Shown here in pieces: positions 43,162 to 53,483 of a stretch of DNA of 64,000 nucleotides. Made by a program: the position numbers and the translations under genes. Source of the DNA: Paramoeba atlantica (lineage: Eukaryota > Protista > Discosea); the NCBI GenBank assembly GCA_977017575.1, contig CDRNVI010000032.1:124001-188000 (forward strand), read 5' to 3'. The first letter of the stretch is position 1. Each line of letters starts with the position of its first letter. Under the pieces are notes generated by a model. The model saw only the letters and a program-made list of their open reading frames with translations, was not told the DNA's origin and searched no databases.

Positions 43162-46100
43162 CTATCTCCTCTTTATCTTCTGAACTCTCTTCCTTTTCTT
43201 AGTTTTGGAAGAGATTTGCTGCCGTTTCGCTTCGTATGCTTTGCGTTTCAAGCGTTTCTTTTCGATTATTTCTCGACGATGGTTTCTCCTTTGCTGAAGT
43301 TCTTCTGGCGATTTCTGCAGCTTGTGCTTCTCTTTTCGCGGAACGTGTTTATTCTGTCCTTGCTTTTCATCGCGCTTTTCAGTATTTCCCATAGACAAAG
43401 TATTCGGTGTATCTTTATTACTTGCCTTGCGCGTCCCCTTCTTATCATGTTTAACCCGGTGCGATGCTTCTGTACTAGGCGACGCTGTGTTCAATTCGTA
43501 TTTATCTAATAGAATATCTGCAAGGACGATCAAGGAAGAAATATTTGAGTATAGTTTAGGAGAAATAGGAAATGCCATATTTTCCAACCATTGCAAATAC
43601 TCCTCTGTTAAGGAGACATAAAAAGATCGAAATTCAGAAAGACATCGGCGTAGTGCTGCACAAAGTGTTGGAAGTAAGCTCTGAAGAAGCGTCACGAGCA
43701 AATCTTTTGACTCATTGGAACTAAATGCCTGCTCTGTCAATTTTCTTTGACTTGAGATGATAGATAATGGCGGCATTAGAAGAGAGAGGATAGAAACTAT
43801 ATGTGACTCCGACTGACGCCTTAAGTTCTCTTCCATGCTAGGCAGGTTTCTGTAGATTTCATTAAAAAAATCAAGAATTCTCGTGGAGCACTGTAGATCA
43901 CGTTTGCATAGAGCTCCCTTCTGTAACTGAATCACAGGTGAGGTTGTACAGTTCGAACGCTGCTTCATAATATCTTCTAAATGATCCCTCACTCTTGGAA
44001 ACACATCCAGTGCAGTGTTCAATGAATCGTTTCGCATAACATTTAAGACGTGGCGCAAAGCGGCTCCCATGCGATCGGAGAACAAAAGTTGAGTAAAGAA
44101 TTCACCGAGAATCCGTTTAGCGTGAACACAAAGATCAGCACGATGCAGAGTGCTAATCAAAGAGAGAGCTCCTTCTTTAATCCATGGGTTTCGAAGAATT
44201 GAATTAGCGCGCGACTGAAGAATCCTTGCAGCTTCCGTTGAAAGGCTTTGTACGAAGAAACTACAATTCTTACCCGTTGCGTTCGTTGAACACTGGACAT
44301 TGGGCTTCACTGCGGAAAAAGTAGAAAGAAAATGTCGCAACTCGGATGCCATTGTCTCCTTCAATGATTGATTTCTTACAGTGACCTCGATAAATCGAAG
44401 CCACCTCATGGCTACGATGTATCCAACTTCCTTTACCGGAAATTTAAACAGGATGCCACATAGTTTTGTGCGCCGAATGTTCAGCAGCGTAATGTCGGTG
44501 CTAAAAGTTTCAGGCACAAGGGCAGACTTTCCATCATTTACACTGACTTCTACTTTTTCCTGTGTCAAACTCGTTGATTCGTTTAAACTTACCGTGCAAG
44601 CGTCAACTTGCACATTGGAACCTTTCAAGGTATTCGCCGTGTCTTCTGAATAATGTGATGAGCTAGGAGAAAGCATGTGGAGAACTGAGCTGGCGTTTAA
44701 TTTTGGGCATAGGAATGTTGAAAAATATGACTCCAAAGCCTTGTCAAGACAATTCCTCAGGGAATCATTCCACAGAATCTTATATCCACTTTCGTACAGC
44801 ACTGAAAAGGCGGAAAACGTTAGTAAATCTACCGATTCATTGAAACTATTCTTTGGGAATGTCTCAATTATTGTGCACGCTGCTTGAGCAATGTCAGTGC
44901 CTTGTAAAACAGATTCATCGTTTACCAACAAAGTAACGATCAGCAGTTGGGCCAAACCTTGGCAAGAACCAGAAGAAGAATAAATATTCAACAAGGAAGA
45001 CCGTATTTTCGGATGCCGCATCATAGTTGAATTAGGATAAGCGACTTCAGCTTTGTTAGAAACATTTCCTGACCAACGAAAAAATGAATCTAAAAGATCA
45101 GGAAGGCTCAAATCTAAAGATGCACAATACATCTGTCGGTGATCCTTCGTACTTTTAATTTTCGAATCAACGTCAGTCGAGGATTGATAGTTCAAAATTC
45201 GAGAAAGGTGATTCAATAGGCTTGCGCGTTGTTCGGATGTTATGGATGGTGCTATTAGTACGTTGTCCACATCAACGCCAGACTGATTCGTTTGCAAGAT
45301 TATATTCATTAAGAAAAAAGTAGTTGCCACGCTAATGGCGCTATCTAAATCCGCTTTTCTGTTATGTGGAACTCGCAAGCTTATAGAACGTACTACCTGG
45401 CGAACTACGAAGGCCCGTATTTCTTCGGCAAATGTATTGCAGACTGGTTGTCTAAGTGACATGTGAGACAGGAATTCATTCTCTTGCGTCGATGAATCAT
45501 CGGAATCAATGTCCATATCAATAGAAGGAGATTCACTACAGTCTTCTTGATTGAGGTAGATAGGGTTGGAGGCATCAACGTATTGCTCTAAAAGCCGAGA
45601 TACGATTTCCCTAAGAGATCCATCGCCTCCATATCCATCTATACCCTGCGCAGGACGCAAAGTTGGTAATCGAGAAAGCTTTGCACCCTTCATAATTTCA
45701 CTTAATACGCGGTTTCCCTGATATCCGTTGATTCGTTTAGAAACTTCCTGACAAAGACTGTTCGAAAAGGTCTGGCGTGCGGCACGTTGAGGAAGACTTT
45801 CATCAGGAAAATTAGAGAAAAACACACGAATAAAGGGTTCTATAATATTCAGAACCTCCTTTTCATCCATCAAGGACATGATCACACAGTGAAAGACGGG
45901 ATGAAGATCGGGATATGTCTTCCAAAGCTGGTTTTGTTGCAGGAGGTTACGTGTGAATAATTGCACTTTTTTAGGGTGAAATACATCTAAACTTTTCGGC
46001 ATTAGGTCCTGGGGTATTTCTTTCATAATATGCTCATCCTTCTTCAACCTAGACCGGATAGAAAGATAAATGCATATCGCGTCAGCTCCAATGTTATTTA

Positions 46101-47061
46101 TTTCTATTCTTTGCATTCCATCTGGCGTAAAATACGCTTTTTGCAAAAAGGAAAGACCACATAGAAGTAATTCAGAGGAGACCGAACTGATCAAATGGCA
46201 GAAGAACCTTGTTGTCCACACACGCGCAAGTGGGCTTCCAGCGTAGACCTGTTCAAGCACGGCAAATACAAGCTTTCCATCCTCCTTCTTCACCGTTTTT
46301 TCCTTTCCATTCATCAACAAGCAAACCACGAACATAGAATTAAAAAAGACAAGAGATGGCTTCAAACCCTCGTAATCGGATCCAAGCTGACCAGTAGCAA
46401 TCGGTTTTAAGAAATTTCGCAAAGTGTCCGAAATAACCTCTTGAATTCGTGAACTTTTGCTTCTTAGAATCTCGTTAAGCACGATCGTGCTTATCAAAAC
46501 GCGATGAAAGGATGCTGTAAGCATACCATTAAGCAGGCGGTGAACAACGTATTGAGACAGTGATGTCAAGTTTCGAGATGACTTTTCTATGCTAATAGAA
46601 TCGACTAGAGTAGAAATGTGAGAATCTAGGTTGACAACGGCACTCTTCCCCTTCAACAAATCAAAGACAGCGTTAACATTTTTGCGTTCTTCAAGCTTTT
46701 CTAAAAGTTTTTCATGAGTTTTTGTTTTTTCGGAAGCAATTTTGCGTTCGGAAAATGAACTCGCGGTTTCAGTCTCTGGATTTGTACCTTCCTCAATACT
46801 AGCCAGAAAAAGCAAATATTTATAATAATTTTCGATGTTGCACGGCGAAAAAGGAGCCCCTCGTGAATTAGAGAACAAACGAAAAAATACATCTTTATCA
46901 GATGTGCGGCGAACAGCTCGTTCTAAATCACTCGAAGGACACAATGATAACAAGAATTCTAATTCGAAAGAACTTTTGAAGCTAGACTTGCGAGAAAACC
47001 CCTTCGCAAATTGCCTCGCTGCTGCGGTTATATCCCGTGTTATTGAATCGCTCTCTAACAT
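43162..47061 (-). CDS. Large helical-repeat nucleolar protein, Pol5/MYBBP1A-like
   Basis: 1299 aa; LSQYVVHRLLNGMLTASFHRVLISTIVLNEIL resembles the Pol5 YxxxRLxxGLxSxRxxARxGF..L.E motif; Lys/Arg-rich C-terminal tail. Confidence 0.55.
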   Translation of the reverse strand: MLESDSITRDITAAARQFAKGFSRKSSFKSSFELEFLLSLCPSSDLERAVRRTSDKDVFFRLFSNSRGAPFSPCNIENYYKYLLFLASIEEGTNPETETASSFSERKIASEKTKTHEKLLEKLEERKNVNAVFDLLKGKSAVVNLDSHISTLVDSISIEKSSRNLTSLSQYVVHRLLNGMLTASFHRVLISTIVLNEILRSKSSRIQEVISDTLRNFLKPIATGQLGSDYEGLKPSLVFFNSMFVVCLLMNGKEKTVKKEDGKLVFAVLEQVYAGSPLARVWTTRFFCHLISSVSSELLLCGLSFLQKAYFTPDGMQRIEINNIGADAICIYLSIRSRLKKDEHIMKEIPQDLMPKSLDVFHPKKVQLFTRNLLQQNQLWKTYPDLHPVFHCVIMSLMDEKEVLNIIEPFIRVFFSNFPDESLPQRAARQTFSNSLCQEVSKRINGYQGNRVLSEIMKGAKLSRLPTLRPAQGIDGYGGDGSLREIVSRLLEQYVDASNPIYLNQEDCSESPSIDMDIDSDDSSTQENEFLSHMSLRQPVCNTFAEEIRAFVVRQVVRSISLRVPHNRKADLDSAISVATTFFLMNIILQTNQSGVDVDNVLIAPSITSEQRASLLNHLSRILNYQSSTDVDSKIKSTKDHRQMYCASLDLSLPDLLDSFFRWSGNVSNKAEVAYPNSTMMRHPKIRSSLLNIYSSSGSCQGLAQLLIVTLLVNDESVLQGTDIAQAACTIIETFPKNSFNESVDLLTFSAFSVLYESGYKILWNDSLRNCLDKALESYFSTFLCPKLNASSVLHMLSPSSSHYSEDTANTLKGSNVQVDACTVSLNESTSLTQEKVEVSVNDGKSALVPETFSTDITLLNIRRTKLCGILFKFPVKEVGYIVAMRWLRFIEVTVRNQSLKETMASELRHFLSTFSAVKPNVQCSTNATGKNCSFFVQSLSTEAARILQSRANSILRNPWIKEGALSLISTLHRADLCVHAKRILGEFFTQLLFSDRMGAALRHVLNVMRNDSLNTALDVFPRVRDHLEDIMKQRSNCTTSPVIQLQKGALCKRDLQCSTRILDFFNEIYRNLPSMEENLRRQSESHIVSILSLLMPPLSIISSQRKLTEQAFSSNESKDLLVTLLQSLLPTLCAALRRCLSEFRSFYVSLTEEYLQWLENMAFPISPKLYSNISSLIVLADILLDKYELNTASPSTEASHRVKHDKKGTRKASNKDTPNTLSMGNTEKRDEKQGQNKHVPRKEKHKLQKSPEELQQRRNHRREIIEKKRLKRKAYEAKRQQISSKTKKRKRVQKIKRR

Positions 47062-47866
47062 ACTTGTAGATCAATAATGCTAAAAAACAGTCTTTAGATT
47101 AGTTCAAAATACAGGATTGAGTACTACATGATTGAGGAAAACAGTAAGCAGCATAAAAATTGATATACGCTCGCTGCGTTTCTGTGTACGTGTCGTAGGT
47201 GATTTTCATAATACTTTAACCCGTAGTTATATCAGCACAGAAAATCGCAAAAATAATGAATCTACACCATGTGTTTTGAAAAGAATCAGCGTGGTGCATA
47301 GTGTATTGAAGTCATTAGAAACTCATGTTTCTTGCCTTCCATAAAAATCATCATGTAGAGCAATCGGAGAAAGAAAGAGAAAATTGCTTCTAATACATGT
47401 CTAGATATTTATTGGTGATTTTAGCCCGCTAAAAGTACTTTACCCCCGATTAGGAAAAAAGCAATGAAAGAAAGCAGTGAAACAGCATATCATGACACTA
47501 CTACAAAAAGCAAAGATATGCTACGGCATCTTACTTGATTTGTTCGGCGAGAGATTTCGAATGTGCCATTCTTTTCCAAATTTGAACAATTTTTACGAAT
47601 TTTAGACCCCCCAGATGAAGACTTTCACTCCCGTATGATGCCCCGGATACTTTACATGTGTCATACACGCAAGCACCTTGAGCTAGACGGTGGTTGAAAG
47701 CGCGTGGGGTGTACACCCTCGCTAATTACTTTGAATAAATATAAATTATTAAACTTCCCAGATGTTTTGTCATTCCCAGAAATGACAAATAAGTAGGGGG
47801 GTGGGGGGTGACAATTATGTATGTAGGGGGGTGTACACCCACGCCAAAAAATATTGTAATTTATTA

Positions 47867-49436
47867 AACCACCGTCCGGGTTATTATACCTAGGAGGAAT
47901 AATAAGTGTCCCTAGGTATAATAAGTTTTCTTTGAAAAAAGGGTAAAAAAATTTTTGCGCCGTTTCGCGGCGCGTTCTTTTTCACATTTTCCAACAAGTT
48001 ATGATCCATTCGCAAGTTTTCCTCTGCCGCCTGTGGGATCCTGGGGAAACGTGTGCGAGTGTGGGGGTAAGTTTGTTTTCTGGGGCTTCAGGGGTAAAAG
48101 AATATGAAATGCCACGAATACATGTATTTTCGTGGTTACTATACCCCAACTGGTCAAAACTCTTGACAATGTCAATCTGATTTCTTGGTAAGTTTCCCTT
48201 ATCAAACGCAACATTGAAATTTACGTGCAGTGAGTGGAAAAGATTGCTTCGACAACAAAGAGCATGCACCAGCATGCTTTTACGTGTCCAGGCGATGAAT
48301 TCACCCTTTCAGAGTGTTTATGTTAGGGCGATCGTCCGTAATCCCGCCTTTGTGGCATAAATCAGGGGGGGGGGAATCAGAAAAATTGTGAAAAATGCAA
48401 GATTTTGTCTACCAAACAAGTGATCTATGTGCATTCGAAAATCCAAACAACGAAGATTCCATGCCTGCACGTTCACGGGCCCTGTTCGAGAGCTCTCGAA
48501 TGCGCTATAACTTTCCAAAATGGGTCAAGTTTTACAAATTTTAGTCCCTTCCCACATCAAAATTTACGGTCCTGTAAGTTTTGCACCTGCCTCTGAATGT
48601 AGGGGGGAGGTATAATAAGGACCCCAGGGACACTTATTATACCTAGGAGGTACAATAGGTGTCCCTAGGTACAGTAGTGGGCAACGATATGTACCCCCCT
48701 ACAGGTCTTGTATTTTGGCCGATTTTGGAAAATTTTTGCATACCACCGTTTTTCGACCCAATCGTTCCGAATCCGAGGTCCGTTTCACTCGAGCGACCCC
48801 CTACCCTCCTTATCCAGGTAGCGGCCAAAGTGTAGGCGAACACGATTTTTGGCAAAATTTTGGATAATTTTTGTAAAACAGTGACTCGAATTCCAGATAA
48901 GAATCATGTAAGCAGGCAGAAGGCTCGTGATTAGTGCTCAGTTAAGTGTCTCCTTGCCTTCTCGCCCGCAAAAATATTCTTGGGATGGCTGTACAAAAGG
49001 TTTTCAGGAAATTCTGGTTCATCCTGAAAATTATTCAGGATGAAGGGGGAATTGTGAGAAAAATTGGACGAAATGTTAAGAAAAACATTTATCGATAATG
49101 ATAGCGCTTCTAATGGGTGACAAAAGCGGTCCACATCTCACGACGTGCGTGTTGTGCAGCAAGACAGGCGGGACGAGATAGTTCCGTCGTGTAAAAGCGT
49201 AGAAGCGCGAAAAATGACGCAAGATAGGGGTGTTCTGCAAAAATCATGGTTTTTCGCACATTTTTTTGAGGTTTCAATATGAACCAGCTTTCAACGAGTG
49301 AAAAGGACCTCGGATTCGGAACGATTGGGTCGAAAAACGATGGTAGGCAAAATATTTCCAAAATCGGCCAAAATACAAGACCTGTAGGGGGGTACATATC
49401 GTTGCCCATCACTGTACAATAACCCGGACGGTGGTT
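47867..49436. mobile_element. Middle element of the nest (TA|AACCACCG ends)
   Basis: Perfect TIRs AACCACCGTCCGGGTTATT / AATAACCCGGACGGTGGTT, TA on both sides; solo right end also at ~16345-16376. Confidence 0.85.
48672..49414. mobile_element. Inner 743-bp Tc1/mariner-like element with long TIRs
   Basis: TA|CAGTAGTGGGCAACGATATGTACCCCCCTACAGG ... CCTGTAGGGGGGTACATATCGTTGCCCATCACTG|TA; empty site CCCTAGG-TA-TAATAACCCGG seen at ~16346. Confidence 0.9.
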
Positions 49437-50105
49437 TAGTATCGACCACGAATTTTTGGTCGATACTAATACAATACTTTTTATCGATTTCCACGAGTTG
49501 CCACTGGCCTCCAAAAAGTTGGACATTATCATATCGGATCTGTGTAAACGTATAGTGAAGCATAAAAATAGGAGAGAAATCAGTCAGCTTCCCTCGAGAT
49601 GATCAAGTGGCCTCGTATATCAGAACTCATTATGCTAATTTCCTGAAAATTCGAAAAAAACAACGAAATTCAGGTCAAAACTCAAAAAAGTGGTCGATAC
49701 TAATAGATACAATACTTTTTTATGTCGACCATTTTTGTGAACAATACTTTTTGGCGGGGGTGTAGTACTTACTTCTATACATTTTGGGGTATGCTTTTTT
49801 AGTTCAGGATAAGTTCAGTAAATAAATTTCAATGCACTACCGTATTTTACCCCGTTACAGACTACAAAGAGCACCGCGAGAGCTTTTACTTTGATTCCCT
49901 CATCGTTCGATGAAACTAGCGCTACCAATTTCATGCAAAGATCTGTGCAAGAGCTTGTGAAAGCGATATTAAGACCGCAAAACACATATTGAAATCACAA
50001 AAATTACATACACATCGATTATTACCAATTTCAGACTACCCTGCTGTATACCCTTCTTTCTTTTATTTCTTGCATCAAAATTGTTCACTATATAGAGCGT
50101 TTCGC

Positions 50106-50924
50106 TCAGTGAATGTGAACGAATCTTGGTAAGTCGCCAGAATAAATGTCTGTTAACTTATTATCTCGCAAATCCAAGTCCGTCATCGTACCCGACTTCA
50201 AACCTTCGAGTCCTACAACTTTCGTAAATTGATTTCCAGAAAGACTAAGGGAACGTAGTGAAGAAGTCAAAGAACGGATATCAATTTCCCCACTAAAGCG
50301 ATTTTTTGAGAGACGCAACGCATTAAGCTTTGCAGGAAGAGCACTCAGACATATTTCGCCTTCCAGCTCGTTTTGAAAAAGATAAACGGTGCGAAGCTCA
50401 TCCGGAAGTCGGGTAAGATCTATCGGTCCCGAAAAATAGTTGACCTGGGCATGGAACGCAGTCATAACAACAGGAAGCGCACAAAGATTCAGTGACCCAG
50501 AAAAGCGATTTGTGTGGACTTGCAAAGTTTCAAGCCTCTGTGGCAACGCTTCGAGTTGTACTCCCCCCTCGAGATTATTCTTCGCGATGTTCAACGTGTG
50601 TACAGTAGCGGGAATGAACGACCACTCCAGCGTGCCACGAAGTGTCCCCGGAGAACCCAACAAGTGCATCTGTGGCCACGTAATGGCCACAACCGTACCA
50701 TTCTCATCGCAGTGAACTCCCTTCCAGCTAAACGCGGGGGTGTCGACTCCCCATGTAGGGTGATGATTGGTTACGTTTTCCACGAGTCGTGAAAGTTCGT
50801 ACTCCGGTGAGAGGGAAATCCCACGCCGTACTTTGGCTGGTCGAGAGCGTGGTTGGTCGTCCGCAGCTGGAATAAAAACCAAGGAGGAGTGTTTGGTAGA
50901 CATCTTCGAAACAGTATGAGTCAT
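50106..50924 (-). CDS. LRR family copy 4
   Basis: RPAKVRRGISLSPEYELSRL leader, WKGVHC cap, six to seven GxIDLxxLP repeats. Confidence 0.88.
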   Translation of the reverse strand: MTHTVSKMSTKHSSLVFIPAADDQPRSRPAKVRRGISLSPEYELSRLVENVTNHHPTWGVDTPAFSWKGVHCDENGTVVAITWPQMHLLGSPGTLRGTLEWSFIPATVHTLNIAKNNLEGGVQLEALPQRLETLQVHTNRFSGSLNLCALPVVMTAFHAQVNYFSGPIDLTRLPDELRTVYLFQNELEGEICLSALPAKLNALRLSKNRFSGEIDIRSLTSSLRSLSLSGNQFTKVVGLEGLKSGTMTDLDLRDNKLTDIYSGDLPRFVHIH

Positions 50925-51216
50925 GCGTGACGTATTCTTTGACGTGGCAAAAATAATATTTACTAAATACTATTTCTTTCCAGGGGCCCGAAGAGCGGTA
51001 TAAATTTCTTAGAAAGTTCAAGGAACATACTCTTTTTGTACTTTTATTTTTGACACCTATTTTTGACATGGATTTTGGCGCGATTATACAAGTTTGCTTA
51101 AACAGCTCTAATACCGACTACGTCCTAATGTTGAGTAGTTCATATTCAAATCCGGAAAGTCAGACTTCAAAATTAGGAGAAATGATTTAGTCAGTACCTC
51201 AAGAGTAAGACAAATT

Positions 51217-51771
51217 TTATTTTAAAGACTGTACTTGTGCGTTTGACTCCTTCGATGGAATGTACGGTGTAACAGGAAGAAGAGTAATATCGACTTCAGT
51301 ATAATGTGACGCCATTCTTTCCAAAAAGTGAGGATTTAGCGGTCCTTTCGATTCGTCGTACCAAGAGCTTGGGCGGGGCTGCCTCAGACCCGCACGAGCT
51401 TTTTGTAAAGCCTCCTGAGATTGTTTCTCAAGCTCTAGGCGTCGCAGTACAGTCATCTCGTGGACGCGCTTGATGCCCGTGGTGGTCGGTAGTGTGTATT
51501 TGTGTATCGGAATACCTCGACGCTGTAACTCGTGCTCAAAAGGACCAGTTCCATAAGTTGGATGAAGACCCTGATTGTGGAAAGCGCTGGAAGTTTGCCT
51601 CATACGGTACAACCAGTACCTTGCTCGGATCAGTTCCAGGCCAGCTACTTTTCGTTTCCATTCTTGGGGATGGTAGTACAGTTTTGCCGTGTAGTAATTT
51701 TCGTTGTCCTCTAAGTAGTAGCCCGCGTGACGGGCGGTAAAACTTTGTCGAAGTGGAGCTGCACGCTTCAT
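51217..51771 (-). CDS. Conserved-looking basic protein, possibly mitochondrial (mitoribosomal?)
   Basis: 184 aa, Arg/Tyr-rich, presequence-like start; family not securely recognised. Confidence 0.6.
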   Translation of the reverse strand: MKRAAPLRQSFTARHAGYYLEDNENYYTAKLYYHPQEWKRKVAGLELIRARYWLYRMRQTSSAFHNQGLHPTYGTGPFEHELQRRGIPIHKYTLPTTTGIKRVHEMTVLRRLELEKQSQEALQKARAGLRQPRPSSWYDESKGPLNPHFLERMASHYTEVDITLLPVTPYIPSKESNAQVQSLK

Positions 51772-51976
51772 AAAGGCGACAAAAATCTAAAATTAAATAA
51801 AAATAGGACGATACACGAAGCGTTGATTTATCCTCATGTATTGTGTATTCTATCCAACGTAAATTCTTTTTTTTGAATGACTACTACAATTATAGGATAA
51901 CTAACCCAAGCACCGACGCAATATCCTTCAGAGAAGGCTGAATGGTGTAACTCGGCTTATGTTTACTCTGTGTGAG

Positions 51977-53059
51977 CTAGTTGACTTCTATACCGGTGCG
52001 AGGAACTACTCTCCTTTCCCACGTGACACGATGAACTACACGCAATTCAGGATCTCGAGTTACAAATACTGGTAACGAGGGTGTGAGCGACGCATCGCGA
52101 CCATAAAAGTCATGAAGGGAAAATTCGCTGAAGAGCTCGTTTTTCTGCTTCCATCGAGTTCGGGGAAGCCGTGGAAAAACTCGACGCACACGCCTTTGCA
52201 AAGAAGATGCTGTGAATGTCGAATTTGAAGACTGAAACCGTTTCATACAATGTGTACTTTGTCGACCAAGATTGTATTTCCTCATTTCTACGTATTTTGA
52301 TACAATCTTCAAATACCGAAGGCATGGCTGACACGGAACGTAGATCGCCATTGTTTCAAGAACTACATCTGCGTGTTTCATTCCCCACTTCTTCTGATTC
52401 CATAGGAACAGTTTGTTGGAAACTGAAGAATTACCAATGAATGACGAATAAAGATCCCCTAGAAATGAAGAAAACCCGGATTGACATGTACAAGAATAGT
52501 CTTGTTGAGGAATACGATTATTCAAGGCCACAATATACATCGCCCGAATATGCGAGTAGGGTATTCCCGCTGCGGCAAGAGATCCTAAAGCATTCTGTTC
52601 AGCACAGCCTTTTAGTATACCGCGAAGAATGGAATTTGTGATAAAGTTCTCGGAAGCATAATTTGTTGACTCTCGCATTGAAATTTTTGAGGATTTGCGT
52701 TCTGTTTTGGAATAGTGCTCATTGATAGCTTTGTGCAATGAATGATTAATGCCAAAGAGAAAATTTCTTGCGGAAACATCCGAGTGCAGGTGCGGAGTTT
52801 TTAACGACTTCGAATCGACCGAGAACTGAAATTCTGAATTCGACGATTTGCACTCACTGTACTCCAATCCACATAGTACATATTGTGGGTGCCTTTTAGC
52901 TCCAGAAGATTTATTTTCATGCATTAAGTTCATGTTAGTATGAGTTTTCCGGCTTTGTACATGACAATCGTGGGATAAAGGAAAACGTAGTTCAGAAAGC
53001 GACAGATTCTTTATTTTAGCTTCGATATGACGCCATACGTTTGTGGTCGGGAACTGCAT
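51977..53059 (-). CDS. Zn-dependent cytidine deaminase-like protein with large insertions
   Basis: FLFGIN, GCAEQNAL (C/H-x-E) and VPCQPC (PCxxC). Confidence 0.65.
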   Translation of the reverse strand: MQFPTTNVWRHIEAKIKNLSLSELRFPLSHDCHVQSRKTHTNMNLMHENKSSGAKRHPQYVLCGLEYSECKSSNSEFQFSVDSKSLKTPHLHSDVSARNFLFGINHSLHKAINEHYSKTERKSSKISMRESTNYASENFITNSILRGILKGCAEQNALGSLAAAGIPYSHIRAMYIVALNNRIPQQDYSCTCQSGFSSFLGDLYSSFIGNSSVSNKLFLWNQKKWGMKHADVVLETMAIYVPCQPCLRYLKIVSKYVEMRKYNLGRQSTHCMKRFQSSNSTFTASSLQRRVRRVFPRLPRTRWKQKNELFSEFSLHDFYGRDASLTPSLPVFVTRDPELRVVHRVTWERRVVPRTGIEVN

Positions 53060-53483
53060 CACATTGTTGGATTGGACTTCTTCACAGTTTCAAAAGCACA
53101 GTACGCGAATATAGTTCATTTCATAGGTTTCGGAAACCCCACTTTTTCAAAAGTAAAGCTAACTTCGAAAATTAATTTATAAGGTGACCCGACGACGTTT
53201 CACAGCAGTTTTCATTCAATGAGTGCGCCAAAAAACATGCTAGTGTTCTACTTTGAAAAAGTAAAAAATAATCATACATATTGCGTAAAACAAATTCATA
53301 CAATATAATTAGCGGACACCCGCCTTCCTCCACTCTTTTACCGCGGAGGATAGTATTGCGTACGTATGCAAAAATTCAATCGAGGTCAATCGAAGTTGTA
53401 TTGTACAATCTAATAGTCGTAAAAAAGGACATCAAGCGTATTGAAACGGAAACATCAATTACTATGTGAAATAGCGCATCGCA

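Larger units (their letters stand above)
47836..49762. mobile_element. Outer Tc1-like MITE of a three-level nest
   Basis: TA|CACCCACGCCAAAAAATATTG ... CAATACTTTTTGGCGGGGGTG|TA; removing the insert restores AAAAATATTGTAATTTATTAGTATCGACC, matching the element's own subterminal motif. Confidence 0.8.
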
